A DNA stretch of 64,000 nucleotides from Chamaesiphon sp. (GCA_965246715.1 CBDFFH010000015.1:224001-288000), one strand, 5' to 3'. Counted from the stretch's first letter, positions 40,310 to 50,425 are shown. Notes: generated from the letters alone by a model not told the origin. Numbers and translations are program-made.

Positions 40310-41166
40310 CCATTTGTAGCTTGCTTATCATAGCGCATCGATGGGTTATTTAGCAAGGACTGGTAGCCATCAGTTTGTGCCCACAGATCGATCTCCTTGG
40401 CACGCAATACCGGTACGGGATGCGTCAGTTGTTCGGTTTGCCCAACTGTGAGCATTTTACCAAAGCTGGTTTTGCCAATATCTTCATAGGCACGCGCCTG
40501 TGCGAGAAAAGCATCGACATTTAATAGCGGCGCGAGTTGTGGCGAACCGCCAGAGAGTTTCATCAGTACGGAAATTACCGTCTTGGGATCTTGACTGACG
40601 AGTAATGCTGCACGATCGCAACTAAACTCCGCACAGCGCACCCATTGTAGCATTTGGCTCTGGAGGCTTTGGGCGATCGCGGTACCAATGCCAGGGACTA
40701 AACCACCTGTCGCCATCACGATTAAGTTTGCCAACGTTAGGTAGACCCCATGTTCGCACTTGAGATGTCCTAATTCATGTGCGATGACGGCTTGCAGCTC
40801 CTCCAGTGTCAGTAAATCGACCAAAGAGGTATGGACGACAATAAATGGCTTTTTGCCACGTACTGCCATCGTATAGGCGTTAGGCGCGGGATGCTGTTTG
40901 AGATAGAGTTGGGGAACTTCTAAATCCAGAATCTGGCAGGCTTCGACTAATAATTTATGAATGTGCGGTAGCTGCTGTTCGCCCACGAGGACGCTAGCGG
41001 CAATATTATTTAAGTATAAAAATTCTTCTGTTACACCGCCGAGTAAGTTGCGAACTAATAAATCCAATCCTGGCAAGCGACGCAGGTTAGTAGTAGCTTC
41101 CAAGTCTAAAGGATGGCGAAAGCGATCGGATTTTAAGCCAATTAATTGGGTTTTCGTAGTTAACAT
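40288..41166 (-). CDS. M48 family zinc metallopeptidase
   Basis: PNAY, HELGH, AEFSCDRAA, THP; last 22 nt overlap the tRNA. Confidence 0.92.
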   Translation of the reverse strand: MLTTKTQLIGLKSDRFRHPLDLEATTNLRRLPGLDLLVRNLLGGVTEEFLYLNNIAASVLVGEQQLPHIHKLLVEACQILDLEVPQLYLKQHPAPNAYTMAVRGKKPFIVVHTSLVDLLTLEELQAVIAHELGHLKCEHGVYLTLANLIVMATGGLVPGIGTAIAQSLQSQMLQWVRCAEFSCDRAALLVSQDPKTVISVLMKLSGGSPQLAPLLNVDAFLAQARAYEDIGKTSFGKMLTVGQTEQLTHPVPVLRAKEIDLWAQTDGYQSLLNNPSMRYDKQATNGGGWRNW

Positions 41167-41270
41167 CTGCTGAATTATGAATTATGAGTTATAAATTACC
41201 AATATTTCGATCTCTGGCTAGTAATTAAGTATTCAAGAATAATTAAATATAAAATATCTCTTAGAGTGGG

Positions 41271-41395
41271 TCAGCAATTCCAAATTCAAAACGATTTTAC
41301 GCCGTTTCAGACGATCGAGTCTCCTCGATCGATCTGAATTTTAACGATAGAGCAATGGTTCCAGCCTCTAAAATTTCTGAATTTGGAATTGCTGA
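41271..41395. mobile_element. 125-bp MITE
   Basis: 18-bp perfect TIR TCAGCAATTCCAAATTCA / TGAATTTGGAATTGCTGA; flanks GAGTGGG / GGGTGGG. Confidence 0.75.
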
Positions 41396-41487
41396 GGGTG
41401 GGTAGTGCCAACCTGGTAAACTAACTTAGTCGCAGCAACCGATCGAACGGATCGATCGACGATCGTAATTCATAATTCTGCTAAGCT

Positions 41488-41919
41488 TTAGTCGTCAGCA
41501 AAGATCAGAGTTTCGATGCGTTTGAGACTCGGCCAATCTGGTTTACGAGCAAAGCCATCTTTGAAATTTTCGATGACTTGTTCGCGGACTTCAGGCGCAG
41601 ATTCAACGAGGCTTTTCGCCATTTGGATATGTTCGCGCACGCCAGATTGTTTGGTTTCTAGCATTGCTGCGGCTAGATTGATCCGCGTTTGGGCATCAAA
41701 GGGATCGATCTTCATCGATTTTTGGGCGGCTTTGATGGCAAGCTGGGGTTTACCTTCTAACAAGTATAACCAAGCTAAACAAGTCCAAGCACTATCGAGT
41801 TTCGGCGATCGATTGCAAATATCGACGAAAACAGGTAATAGTTTAGCTGGACTTTCGCCAGCTTGATAATCTTTAATCGCGCGATCGAACAGATCGGCTA
41901 CGGTGGTGGTTTCTGTCAT
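41488..41919 (-). CDS. conserved TPR-like protein
   Basis: AWTCLAWLYLL..A.KAAQK..DAQTRINLA. Confidence 0.8.
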   Translation of the reverse strand: MTETTTVADLFDRAIKDYQAGESPAKLLPVFVDICNRSPKLDSAWTCLAWLYLLEGKPQLAIKAAQKSMKIDPFDAQTRINLAAAMLETKQSGVREHIQMAKSLVESAPEVREQVIENFKDGFARKPDWPSLKRIETLIFADD

Positions 41920-41924
41920 GGGAT

Positions 41925-42083
41925 TAGTGGCTAGTGACTAGTGGCTAGTGACTAGTGAATTAGGTTTGTGAATAGAGCTTAGTGGATCGTGGATAATCAA
42001 GAGTGGATCGGCTTCAGAGATCTCGAACGCGCTGGCGCGTCCAACTCTAAAACTAGCAACTAGTCACTAGTCACTAGCCACTA
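41925..42083. repeat. heptamer short tandem repeats (STRR-like TAGTG[GA]C) in inverted arrangement
   Basis: TAGTGGC TAGTGAC array at 41925-41957 and complementary copies at 42052-42083; same unit at 61512-61556. Confidence 0.8.
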
Positions 42084-42437
42084 AACTGCAAATGACTTAC
42101 CACAACCACAGCTTTGCGAAGCGTTAGGATTGGTGAATTGGAATCCACCACCGATCATGGCATCGCTGTAGTCGAGGACGAGACCATAAACATATAACAT
42201 ACTCTTGCGATCGCAGACTAGTTTGAAGCCACCATAGTCGCAGACTTCATCGTCATCGCGAATTTGACTGGGATCTTCAAAATCCATCACGTAGGACATC
42301 CCCGAACAACCACCTTGGCGCACGCCAACGCGCAAGCAGAGGTCTTTGCCTTGTTTTTCGCGCAGTGCGACGACGTGTGCGAGGGCGCTGTCGGTCATTT
42401 GGATGCTAGCTTTGGCGGGGGTAATTACTTCAGACAT
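42081..42437 (-). CDS. iscA: IscA/HesB A-type Fe-S carrier
   Basis: GGCSGMSY, NPNASQSCGCGKSF. Confidence 0.92.
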   Translation of the reverse strand: MSEVITPAKASIQMTDSALAHVVALREKQGKDLCLRVGVRQGGCSGMSYVMDFEDPSQIRDDDEVCDYGGFKLVCDRKSMLYVYGLVLDYSDAMIGGGFQFTNPNASQSCGCGKSFAV

Positions 42438-42634
42438 AGTTGCGATAAACTCCTAATGAACGATCGATGGCAAATTGCTTGAGTGTCAGATCGATCTAAA
42501 CCTTAATCTATGTTAACTTCTCTGACCCGATCGGTGCCGACCGGAAATTACCGAATAAAATCGGAGAGAAGGTAAGCTTAACATCTTGGATCGAATTAAT
42601 TAGTTGATGGTGTGAAGGGCAAAAGGTAAAGCAG

Positions 42635-42805
42635 CGCCCTCGGCACCTGTTTCACTTTACGTTTACCCAGATCGACCAGAATTTTTACTTTGGTACGGGA
42701 TGTGAGTAAGGATACCTCAATAGAATAACGCTACACATCCAGTAATTAGGGGATTTGAAATAAAAAGTAAGTGACGAGCCTGACGTGCCACTTGGTGAAG
42801 ATCGC
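42635..42805 (+). ncRNA. ssrS: probable 6S RNA (SsaA/SsrS); ends approximate
   Basis: Blocks TTTTTACTTTGGTACGGGAT, AGAATAACG, TCCAGTAATTAGG, GAAATAAAAAGTAAGTGAC and CGTGCCACTTGGT match recalled cyanobacterial 6S motifs in order; the 5' and 3' arms are complementary. Confidence 0.68.
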
Positions 42806-42873
42806 ATCCCGACACTACACTTGCATTGTTTCACCATCCTAACTTAGCTCGATTCCTAGGTGCAATTTTGATT

Positions 42874-44481
42874 ATGACGGCGATTAGTCTTTCAACTCAA
42901 CGGCGACTGCAACAACTCCCGCAAATTCCCAGCGTGTGGGAGGGCGACCGGCGGCATGTGGATCGATTGGTAGAAGAGTTGGAATTAGAGCATACCGAGG
43001 ATCGGCGCGAATTGATCGTGTGGGTCGATGGGGTAGAAGGAGTCGTTCGATCGATGGAAGTTGTCAATCCAGCAATGGGTAGCGAAGCAATCGTGCGCGC
43101 GCTGATCAAGGCCATGGAAGCACCCCAAGCGCCCTCCCAACCCGCACGTCCGCAGAAAATCATCGTGCGCGATCGCCAATTACAATTTTACCTGCGCGGT
43201 GTATTGCAAGATCTAGAGATCGTGGTGGAGTATGTGCCGGAATTACCGATTATCGATGAATTATTTCATCGTTTTGCGGATATGGCAGGCCTCCGCGCTC
43301 CTAAATTACAGCGGAGGTATCTCGATCTGCTCAAGGCGACAGCTCGCGAGATTTGGGATTTGGCTCCGTGGTCGATGCTTGCAGATTATGAGGCGATCTC
43401 GATCGAGTTAAATGAGTGGGATATCGAGAAATTTTATGTCTCGGTGATGGGCATGCTCGGCATGGAATATGGGATCTTATTATATCGATCGGCGGAATCC
43501 CTGCAACGGTTTCGGGCGATGGCGCTAAATGAAGATGGGATTCAAGATATGGAATCAGCGTTCTTGTCTCAAGACTGTATCTTTGTCACATTCGATGCGA
43601 GTGCGCCAGATTTAGTCAACGATCTCAGTAGCTTACCTGCTAGCGAGATCGAACCTAACTTCGGAAATATCCATCCCATGGAAGGTATGCGCCCGTTCTT
43701 GTACGAAGAAGAAGCGATCGCGACTCAAGTAGCATTGGTTGCGCTCAAAGGGTTTATAAACGCTTTTACGCAGCAACTACAGGTAGATGATTTACCACCG
43801 CTGCACGAGCGGATCGGTGTGACCGCACCCGATACGAACACGCACAAACAGGTCGCAGTCGAAACTCTCCCCGAACTATCTCGAGAACTCCTCCAGATGC
43901 ACTTAGCTGTAGATGCTGATGAAGATGAATTCGACCCCTTAGAGCTGCCGATTCGGGAAGACTTAATCCCAGAGGATGCGCTCGTCGGTCTCGAAATAAT
44001 GTCCTGGGAGCGCGTAGAAACAATCCGATTGGCAGATATTTATCATCAAATTAGCGAAGTCCGACCAATTGGGGAAGGATTTCCCGTGATTACTATCCAA
44101 ACTACCAGACCCAGAGCCAAAGAGATGCTGCAACGCATCCAACAAGCTGGCGGGTTACAGGGAATTTGCTTCAATCCTGGCGAAGATCTCCTCGCTGGAT
44201 CTAGCTTCGACTTGGGCATTCTCCAGCTAGCAGATGGAGAAATGCAGGTGTTTGGCGAGTTTCATCATGATAGTGCGACCCAGTTGGCAGACCGGAAGAA
44301 GTGGCACCGAGTTAGCAAAAAAAATCAGGGTTATTGTGGCTTGGTCATCGCCCAAGGTTTGACAGGTAAAGCTCGTGGTAATCCTGGCGTTCGGGACATC
44401 CTCGCGTCACTAGAAACAAAATATTTATCTACCGAGGAATTGGGATTGGGCACATTGCAACTGATGCCGCATTTTGACTAG
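42874..44481 (+). CDS. conserved cyanobacterial protein (DUF6930-like)
   Basis: STQRRLQQLPQIPSVWEGDRR, SVMGMLGMEYGILLYRS, IHPMEGMRPFL; start set at ATG 42874. Confidence 0.8.
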   Translation: MTAISLSTQRRLQQLPQIPSVWEGDRRHVDRLVEELELEHTEDRRELIVWVDGVEGVVRSMEVVNPAMGSEAIVRALIKAMEAPQAPSQPARPQKIIVRDRQLQFYLRGVLQDLEIVVEYVPELPIIDELFHRFADMAGLRAPKLQRRYLDLLKATAREIWDLAPWSMLADYEAISIELNEWDIEKFYVSVMGMLGMEYGILLYRSAESLQRFRAMALNEDGIQDMESAFLSQDCIFVTFDASAPDLVNDLSSLPASEIEPNFGNIHPMEGMRPFLYEEEAIATQVALVALKGFINAFTQQLQVDDLPPLHERIGVTAPDTNTHKQVAVETLPELSRELLQMHLAVDADEDEFDPLELPIREDLIPEDALVGLEIMSWERVETIRLADIYHQISEVRPIGEGFPVITIQTTRPRAKEMLQRIQQAGGLQGICFNPGEDLLAGSSFDLGILQLADGEMQVFGEFHHDSATQLADRKKWHRVSKKNQGYCGLVIAQGLTGKARGNPGVRDILASLETKYLSTEELGLGTLQLMPHFD

Positions 44482-44838
44482 GGCATGTATTATGGTAAAA
44501 ATTTAGTTAAATAACAATCGACAGATTGTAGTTGTGAATTTAACTCGATCGAGCGGGAAGTATAGATCTTAGAACGATCTATTTTGTGAGGCTCGGATCG
44601 CTCTGCAACTGACAGATGGCAAACTCGAAGCTCGCACGTCGTCATCAGACGCTCGAGATCGTGATAAATTCAGCCTTAGAAGTAGTCAGAAAAGGGTTTT
44701 GTAGGCGATAGTAGATGGGGATGTATATTTCGATCTAATGTAAAGATCTGTGAATCCATTCGCTCCCGCATTTAATGCTATCAAACTGCCTTGCCGAGGC
44801 TGCTAATAATATCTCTCCTGTGTTCTGTTGTCATCCCT

Positions 44839-47016
44839 ATGCTTATCTGTCCCTACTGTCGATCGATAAATCCACAACATCATAATTTTTGTCAGGGTTG
44901 TGGCCGATCGTTAAAGCACCATATCTGTCATAGTTGTGGCGGTAATGTAGAATTTGATGCCGAACATTGTGCTCGATGCCAAGCACCAAGTGGTGTTTAC
45001 TGGTGGGCAATTATCGAGCCGACAGCGCAATCGATCGCTGATGCGGTAGATATTGCTTCGGACTTAGCCGCACCTCAAGCGGATTTGTTGCCGCAGTCAA
45101 TCGGCGATAATGCTCCGAATCGACAACCGATCTTGCCAGTTGCTAGCGATCTCGATCTGGCAACGGTCGAACTAGAAGCAAATCCTTGGGATTTCCCCGC
45201 TGTATTACCGACAGCTTCAGCTAACAACGCACCTGAGAACTTACAGTTAGAAACACCGCTAGATGACTTAGCGCTCGATCCGTGGGATCTACCACAGCCA
45301 GGATCGCAGTCAACGAGCCAGTCGCTACCAAATGCTAACCTTAGTGTGACTGACACGGATAAATTATCCGATTCGGGTAACCATTCAGAGCGGAGTGAGT
45401 TCGTAGCGACTACATATCTGGACGTGCAATGTCGTTATCGCTTGCTCGATCCGGTAGTCATCCAACTGCTAACGCCTCACGATTCTAGCCAAGTGCGGGT
45501 AATCGATCGTCAACCTTTGTGCAACTCTTCCTTGGAGATCTTAATGGAGCAAGAACCAGTCACATTAGACAGTTCTACTGTCAACCGTAAACCTGAAGAA
45601 TATCGCCAATGGCAATTTTGGAATACGCATGGGATTCCCAAAGTCGCGCAGGCATATATCGCGCTCCAAGTAAGTCTGCCAGGAACGATCCCCGCGATTC
45701 ACGATGGTTGGGATGACGATCGGAAAACTGTCACGGTGGTGGAAGATCGCAGTAACTGGATTCAGCTATCAGACCGCTGGAACGATCCGCAAATTCCATC
45801 ATCGCAAACGATCTATTGGTTAGACTATACCCTCAAGTTGTGGGTAGCATTGGAACCGTGGCAAATGCGTCAAAGTTTATTGGAGGTTGCCAATTTATTG
45901 TTAGATGAGGATGCGCGGATCTGCTTTCAACGACTTTATCCAGAACGTACCGATCGCCAACTCAAGCTTGCCGATCTCGCTAAACTCTGGCACAACTTGT
46001 TCGAGCGCGCCAACCAACCACCTTCATCATCGTTGACAGGCTTGATTCATGCGATCGAAAGCGGCGAAATCGAGCGCGTTGAGGAGGTGAGATCCCGACT
46101 GCAACAAATTGCTTACGAACTCGAACCCAAACAACTCAGCGCACCGCTTCAGTCTTCTAATTCTGCCGATTTAAGCGTCCCCGTCGAAGCACCCACCTTT
46201 GCCATCGCCCAAAAATTACTCGAATTAGAAGACGCTGCTGCTACACATACTGGTCGAAAACGCGACCACAACGAGGATTGCTTTGGGATTGTCAGTAGGG
46301 TCGATCGCCGAAATAGCCCCAAAGGTAAAAATATTTCAGCCAAAGGTTTATATATCCTCTGCGATGGTATGGGCGGACATGCGGGTGGCGAGATTGCTAG
46401 CGCAATGACGGTAGATTTGTTACGGGATTATTTTGATGCGCGTTGGGGCGATACACTCCCCGATGAGCAAACAATCCGTGAAGGCATCGTCACCGCCAAC
46501 GAAGCTGTCTTCAAAATTAATGAAAAAAACGCTGCTCATGGTAGCGGCAGAATGGGTACGACGCTGGTATTGGTGTTAGTTCAAGAACAAAATATTGCGG
46601 TAGCTCATGTCGGCGATTCTCGATGTTATGGGATTACGCCCACGCAGGGGCTGATTCAACTTACCTTGGATCATGAGGTCGGACAACAAGATATCCTCCG
46701 TGGTGTCGATCCGGAAATTGCTTACGGTCGTCCCGATTCTTATCAATTGACTCAAGCGATCGGGCCGCGCGATCGTAATTATATCGCGCCAGACATTAGA
46801 TTTTTTGAATTGCAAGAAGATACGCTGATCCTATTAGCTTCAGATGGTTTGACTGACAATCAACTCCTCGAAAATTACTGGCTCACCAACGTCGCACCCC
46901 TGCTCTCGGTAAATGCCAATCTCCAACATGGAGTAGAAAGATTAATCGATTTTGCCAATGAATACAATGGTCATGACAATATTACCGCGATCGTCGTCCG
47001 CGCCCAAATGGGTTAA
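44839..47016 (+). CDS. PP2C-family Ser/Thr phosphatase with N-terminal double zinc ribbon
   Basis: Four CxxC; GRKRDHNED, CDGMGGHAGGE, MGTT, HVGDSR, SDGL, GHDNIT. Confidence 0.92.
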   Translation: MLICPYCRSINPQHHNFCQGCGRSLKHHICHSCGGNVEFDAEHCARCQAPSGVYWWAIIEPTAQSIADAVDIASDLAAPQADLLPQSIGDNAPNRQPILPVASDLDLATVELEANPWDFPAVLPTASANNAPENLQLETPLDDLALDPWDLPQPGSQSTSQSLPNANLSVTDTDKLSDSGNHSERSEFVATTYLDVQCRYRLLDPVVIQLLTPHDSSQVRVIDRQPLCNSSLEILMEQEPVTLDSSTVNRKPEEYRQWQFWNTHGIPKVAQAYIALQVSLPGTIPAIHDGWDDDRKTVTVVEDRSNWIQLSDRWNDPQIPSSQTIYWLDYTLKLWVALEPWQMRQSLLEVANLLLDEDARICFQRLYPERTDRQLKLADLAKLWHNLFERANQPPSSSLTGLIHAIESGEIERVEEVRSRLQQIAYELEPKQLSAPLQSSNSADLSVPVEAPTFAIAQKLLELEDAAATHTGRKRDHNEDCFGIVSRVDRRNSPKGKNISAKGLYILCDGMGGHAGGEIASAMTVDLLRDYFDARWGDTLPDEQTIREGIVTANEAVFKINEKNAAHGSGRMGTTLVLVLVQEQNIAVAHVGDSRCYGITPTQGLIQLTLDHEVGQQDILRGVDPEIAYGRPDSYQLTQAIGPRDRNYIAPDIRFFELQEDTLILLASDGLTDNQLLENYWLTNVAPLLSVNANLQHGVERLIDFANEYNGHDNITAIVVRAQMG

Positions 47017-47056
47017 GCAATTATGAGTTATGAATTAAATTAAATTATCTTCATGA

Positions 47057-47833
47057 CTAGCTAATATTTCGATGAACTAACGTCGGTGTCGCTTGAGCCG
47101 TTGGCACGAGGAGAATTTCGCTGATATTGACATGGGCTGGACGATTCAGACAGAAGAAAATTGTTTCAGCGATATCCTCAGCCGTCAGTGGTTGTAACCC
47201 CTCGTAGACTTTTGCGGCGCGGGTAGTATCACCATGAAAGCGCACCGTACTAAATTCAGTATCGACCAAGCCAGGAGCGATCGACGTGACTCTTACTGGA
47301 GTACCGAGCAAATCGATTTTTAGACCTTCAGAAATCGATCGCACTGCTGCCTTGGTGCCACAATAAACATTACCTTGTGGATAGGTCTGATGCCCCGCAA
47401 TCGACCCGAGATTTACCACATGACCGCAACCTCGTGTTACCATCCCTGGCACGACCGCTCTAGTCACGTACAGCAGCCCTTTAATGTTGGTATCGATCAT
47501 TTCCTCCCAATCGTCGATTTCACCTTCTTGGAGCTTGTTTAAGCCCCGACTCAGACCAGCATTGTTGATAAGAATGTCGATCGCCTGCCAATCTGGAGGC
47601 AGTCCACTTAATACCGATACCACCTGCGCTCGATCGCGGACATCTGCTGTCAGTGGGTGCAGGTGCGATCGAGCGATGCCACTGGCTACCAATTCAGCTA
47701 CCAGCGTTGCTAGCTTGTCCTCGCGTCTGGCGAGCAGCAATAATCTCGCACCCTCGCCAGCAAACAACCGCGCACAAGCAGCCCCGATCCCGCTACTAGC
47801 TCCCGTGATTAAAATTATTTTTCGATCGAGCAT
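47057..47833 (-). CDS. SDR oxidoreductase (YdfG-like)
   Basis: TGASSGIG, NNAG, YCGTK. Confidence 0.92.
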   Translation of the reverse strand: MLDRKIILITGASSGIGAACARLFAGEGARLLLLARREDKLATLVAELVASGIARSHLHPLTADVRDRAQVVSVLSGLPPDWQAIDILINNAGLSRGLNKLQEGEIDDWEEMIDTNIKGLLYVTRAVVPGMVTRGCGHVVNLGSIAGHQTYPQGNVYCGTKAAVRSISEGLKIDLLGTPVRVTSIAPGLVDTEFSTVRFHGDTTRAAKVYEGLQPLTAEDIAETIFFCLNRPAHVNISEILLVPTAQATPTLVHRNIS

Positions 47834-47919
47834 GTACGAACTTGTTAATGATGGATTGCTATAAGCTAATGCGATGAAATCGAGGAATTAAGATTGTCAT
47901 TCTGCGCTAGCCCCTGGAT

Positions 47920-48225
47920 TTAAGGGCCAGCAAATACAGCGTTTTCAATATCTTGGCGACTGAGCGAATATTTGAACGTCCGATAGATATTCCGATCTCC
48001 AGAAGAACTTTGGGCTATCGATCGCGCATCATCGCTACCATTGGGATGATATCGAACTGTCAGTTCTTCAATATCGAGACACAAATGCGCTTTCCATTCC
48101 GGCTTGGTAATATGCCAGCAGTGTAGCTCGTTGTCATCTTGCTCGCAGCCCATCGAGATCAGCCATTGTTCGATTTCTGGCAACGGATGATTGTAAAGGG
48201 GTGTATCGATAGGTAATGAGGTCAT
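47920..48225 (-). CDS. DUF3143 family protein
   Basis: TPLYNHPLPEIEQWL, FKYSLSRQDIENAVFAGP. Confidence 0.85.
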   Translation of the reverse strand: MTSLPIDTPLYNHPLPEIEQWLISMGCEQDDNELHCWHITKPEWKAHLCLDIEELTVRYHPNGSDDARSIAQSSSGDRNIYRTFKYSLSRQDIENAVFAGP

Positions 48226-48274
48226 GAATGATATCGATCGAATCGATCTCGATTTGGTGTAGAGGGATCGCTTA

Positions 48275-48928
48275 CTAGTTTAGCTCGATCGAGCGCTCTT
48301 CAGCCACCGCAGCCAAATCTGCCGGAGTATTACAGTTTGCCAAACAGCGACGATCGATAACCGTTAATTCTGTCACCGTGCAGGTTGCCAGCCAACCTTG
48401 GAAAGATCTCCCCCCACGCTCTGTATACTCGACGAGCGAGTCGAGGCAACTCCGGCGATAAAAACCGCACAGTGGCTCCCAACCTTTATCGAGCTGCTTG
48501 GGTAGATAGGCGATGGTGTCAGCCGGGAGGGAACTCAATCGATCGATCCATGCTTGTAAAACTGGAGTTGATAAATTGGGCAAGTCACAAGCCAGTAATA
48601 ATACCCACACAGAACTAACTTCCGCCAATCCTTGCCGAAAACCCATCAGGGGGCCGCGATCGGGTTGCAGTTCGGGGATAAAATGACAGTCTGTTGGTAA
48701 GAGCGATCGATAGCGTTCAGCCCAGGGGGTAACGATCTGAATGCGATCGGCTAAGACAGTACCGAGATTTTGACATCGAGCCACAACATCATAAATTTGC
48801 CGAATCATCGGCACGCAATCGCTCCCGGTGGCGCTCGGCACGAGGATCGTGGCTTTATCTCGACCCATCCGCGAACTGCGACCGCCAGCTAAAATAATTG
48901 CGGATAAAAAGTGCGAATCGAGTGTCAA
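48275..48928 (-). CDS. mobA: molybdenum cofactor guanylyltransferase
   Basis: ILAGGRSSRMGRDKA, GPL, ACDLP, EPLCGFY, NCNTP. Confidence 0.92.
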   Translation of the reverse strand: MTLDSHFLSAIILAGGRSSRMGRDKATILVPSATGSDCVPMIRQIYDVVARCQNLGTVLADRIQIVTPWAERYRSLLPTDCHFIPELQPDRGPLMGFRQGLAEVSSVWVLLLACDLPNLSTPVLQAWIDRLSSLPADTIAYLPKQLDKGWEPLCGFYRRSCLDSLVEYTERGGRSFQGWLATCTVTELTVIDRRCLANCNTPADLAAVAEERSIELN

Positions 48929-49002
48929 AATTGCATAACCTACGATAATAAGTTCCTACTCTAGCGCCACTCCCGATCGGTGAGAGATTGAGATCTCTGT
49001 CT

Positions 49003-49488
49003 TTAATAACCCGATGGCGGTTGAGCTGTAGACGATATTTTTGCTGATGAGGTAGCAGGTAATGGTTTCAGCGGGCGCAATGGTGCACTCGGCACGAATA
49101 ACATTTGTTTAGGATCTGGCTGGATCAGCTCATTGTGAGGCTGTTCGGCGGCGATCGCCAATTGGTGTTTGATACTCTCGACGATCGCGCCCTGTTGGCG
49201 CTCCTGGACTTGAAGCCGTTTTAACTGTCCGTGTTGCTGCTTCCAGACATCTTGAGTGTAAACGGTATATCCATAGCCGATCGCACTCAACCCAAACACG
49301 ATGCCAAACACGAGCGTCGCACCCCGTTGCAGAGTCAGGAGCGAGCGCAACCATACAGGCGTTGAATGCCGATCGAGCGATCGCACCCGCTCTCGATGTG
49401 GATCTAGTTCTACTATCGGCGATCGCGTTGACGAATGAGCCGCGCTTGCGGCACGAGCCTGCGGAAGTGGAAAGTTGGGCTGAGACAT
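49003..49488 (-). CDS. single-TM coiled-coil protein (FtsL-like topology)
   Basis: TM followed by YTQDVWKQQHGQLKRLQVQERQ coiled coil; C-terminal PSGY. Confidence 0.6.
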   Translation of the reverse strand: MSQPNFPLPQARAASAAHSSTRSPIVELDPHRERVRSLDRHSTPVWLRSLLTLQRGATLVFGIVFGLSAIGYGYTVYTQDVWKQQHGQLKRLQVQERQQGAIVESIKHQLAIAAEQPHNELIQPDPKQMLFVPSAPLRPLKPLPATSSAKISSTAQPPSGY

Positions 49489-49654
49489 AGAGCGATCTCT
49501 AGATGGTAGTAGCGGGCTGAATGATTATCTGTCTTAACATGCCGATCGGTAGCTAGCTGAGTGCTCGACCAGAAAATTAACACGTTTGGGTTAGATCTTC
49601 TAGTTTGATATACTATCATTTTTTGATGAGACCCCTCACTTTTTCCCGTAAGCG

Positions 49655-49990
49655 ATGCAGCCACAAATAGCGTCTCGACTTTTCTCGCTGTTATTACTAG
49701 TGCCGATCGGTTGGCAAATCGCGCTCCCCGCCGTTCGGGCTAATCCGCTCCCACCGCCTACCGATATTCCCGAAGAAATCCTCAGAGCCGAAATTATTAC
49801 CGAAGCCAGATCGCCGATCGATGGTAAACCTTTGTCAGCTAGCGAATTTGCCGAATTAGCGATCGACCTCCAAGAGCAACTCAGTCGCAGTGAGGCAGCA
49901 GTGGCGAGTAACAATCCCCGAGTTAAAGAAGTATTATTCTTGCTACGGTTGCGGGGCTTGCTCCGATCGGTAGGCTTGCCCATTAAATAA
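49655..49990 (+). CDS. conserved exported hypothetical protein
   Basis: Signal peptide; PPPTDIPEEILRAEIITEARSPIDGKPLSA. Confidence 0.75.
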   Translation: MQPQIASRLFSLLLLVPIGWQIALPAVRANPLPPPTDIPEEILRAEIITEARSPIDGKPLSASEFAELAIDLQEQLSRSEAAVASNNPRVKEVLFLLRLRGLLRSVGLPIK

Positions 49991-50005
49991 ACCCAAATTG
50001 CTACC

Positions 50006-50294
50006 TAACGTGAGTTTCTCCGGTAGGAGAAACTATGCCAACGGAATAAGGATATCCAACCTAATCTGTACCCCCAATCCACGTTTTACCGATCGATCGA
50101 CCCCACCCACAGCGCGATTCCCATTGCGGAGCTAATGCGAAGCGCGCCAAACTGCCCACAGATCGACCCTTGTGCAGGGGAGTTTGAGGGGCGGCACTCC
50201 GCCCTTCAACGGGGGGTCTGGGGGAAGCGGCTCGCGCCCGTCGGGTTTCCCGACGCGAAAAGCGAGACAAGACAGCCTCCCCCAGATCCGGGTT
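50006..50294. repeat. composite repeat: interrupted MITE-type end plus inverted copy of the GC-rich mosaic element
   Basis: TAACGTGAGTT[25 nt]CGGAATAAGGATAT; 50127-50294 is homologous to 24677-24868. Confidence 0.8.
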
Positions 50295-50425
50295 TTGCCC
50301 CCACCAGTAAAACTCGCATCCCACAAATATACACCGCTTGCCACTTCGCTTTGGACAAGTCTTATGCACAACAACAACTTGGATTAAATAAATTAACGCG
50401 GGCGCAAATGCCCGAAATCGCGATG

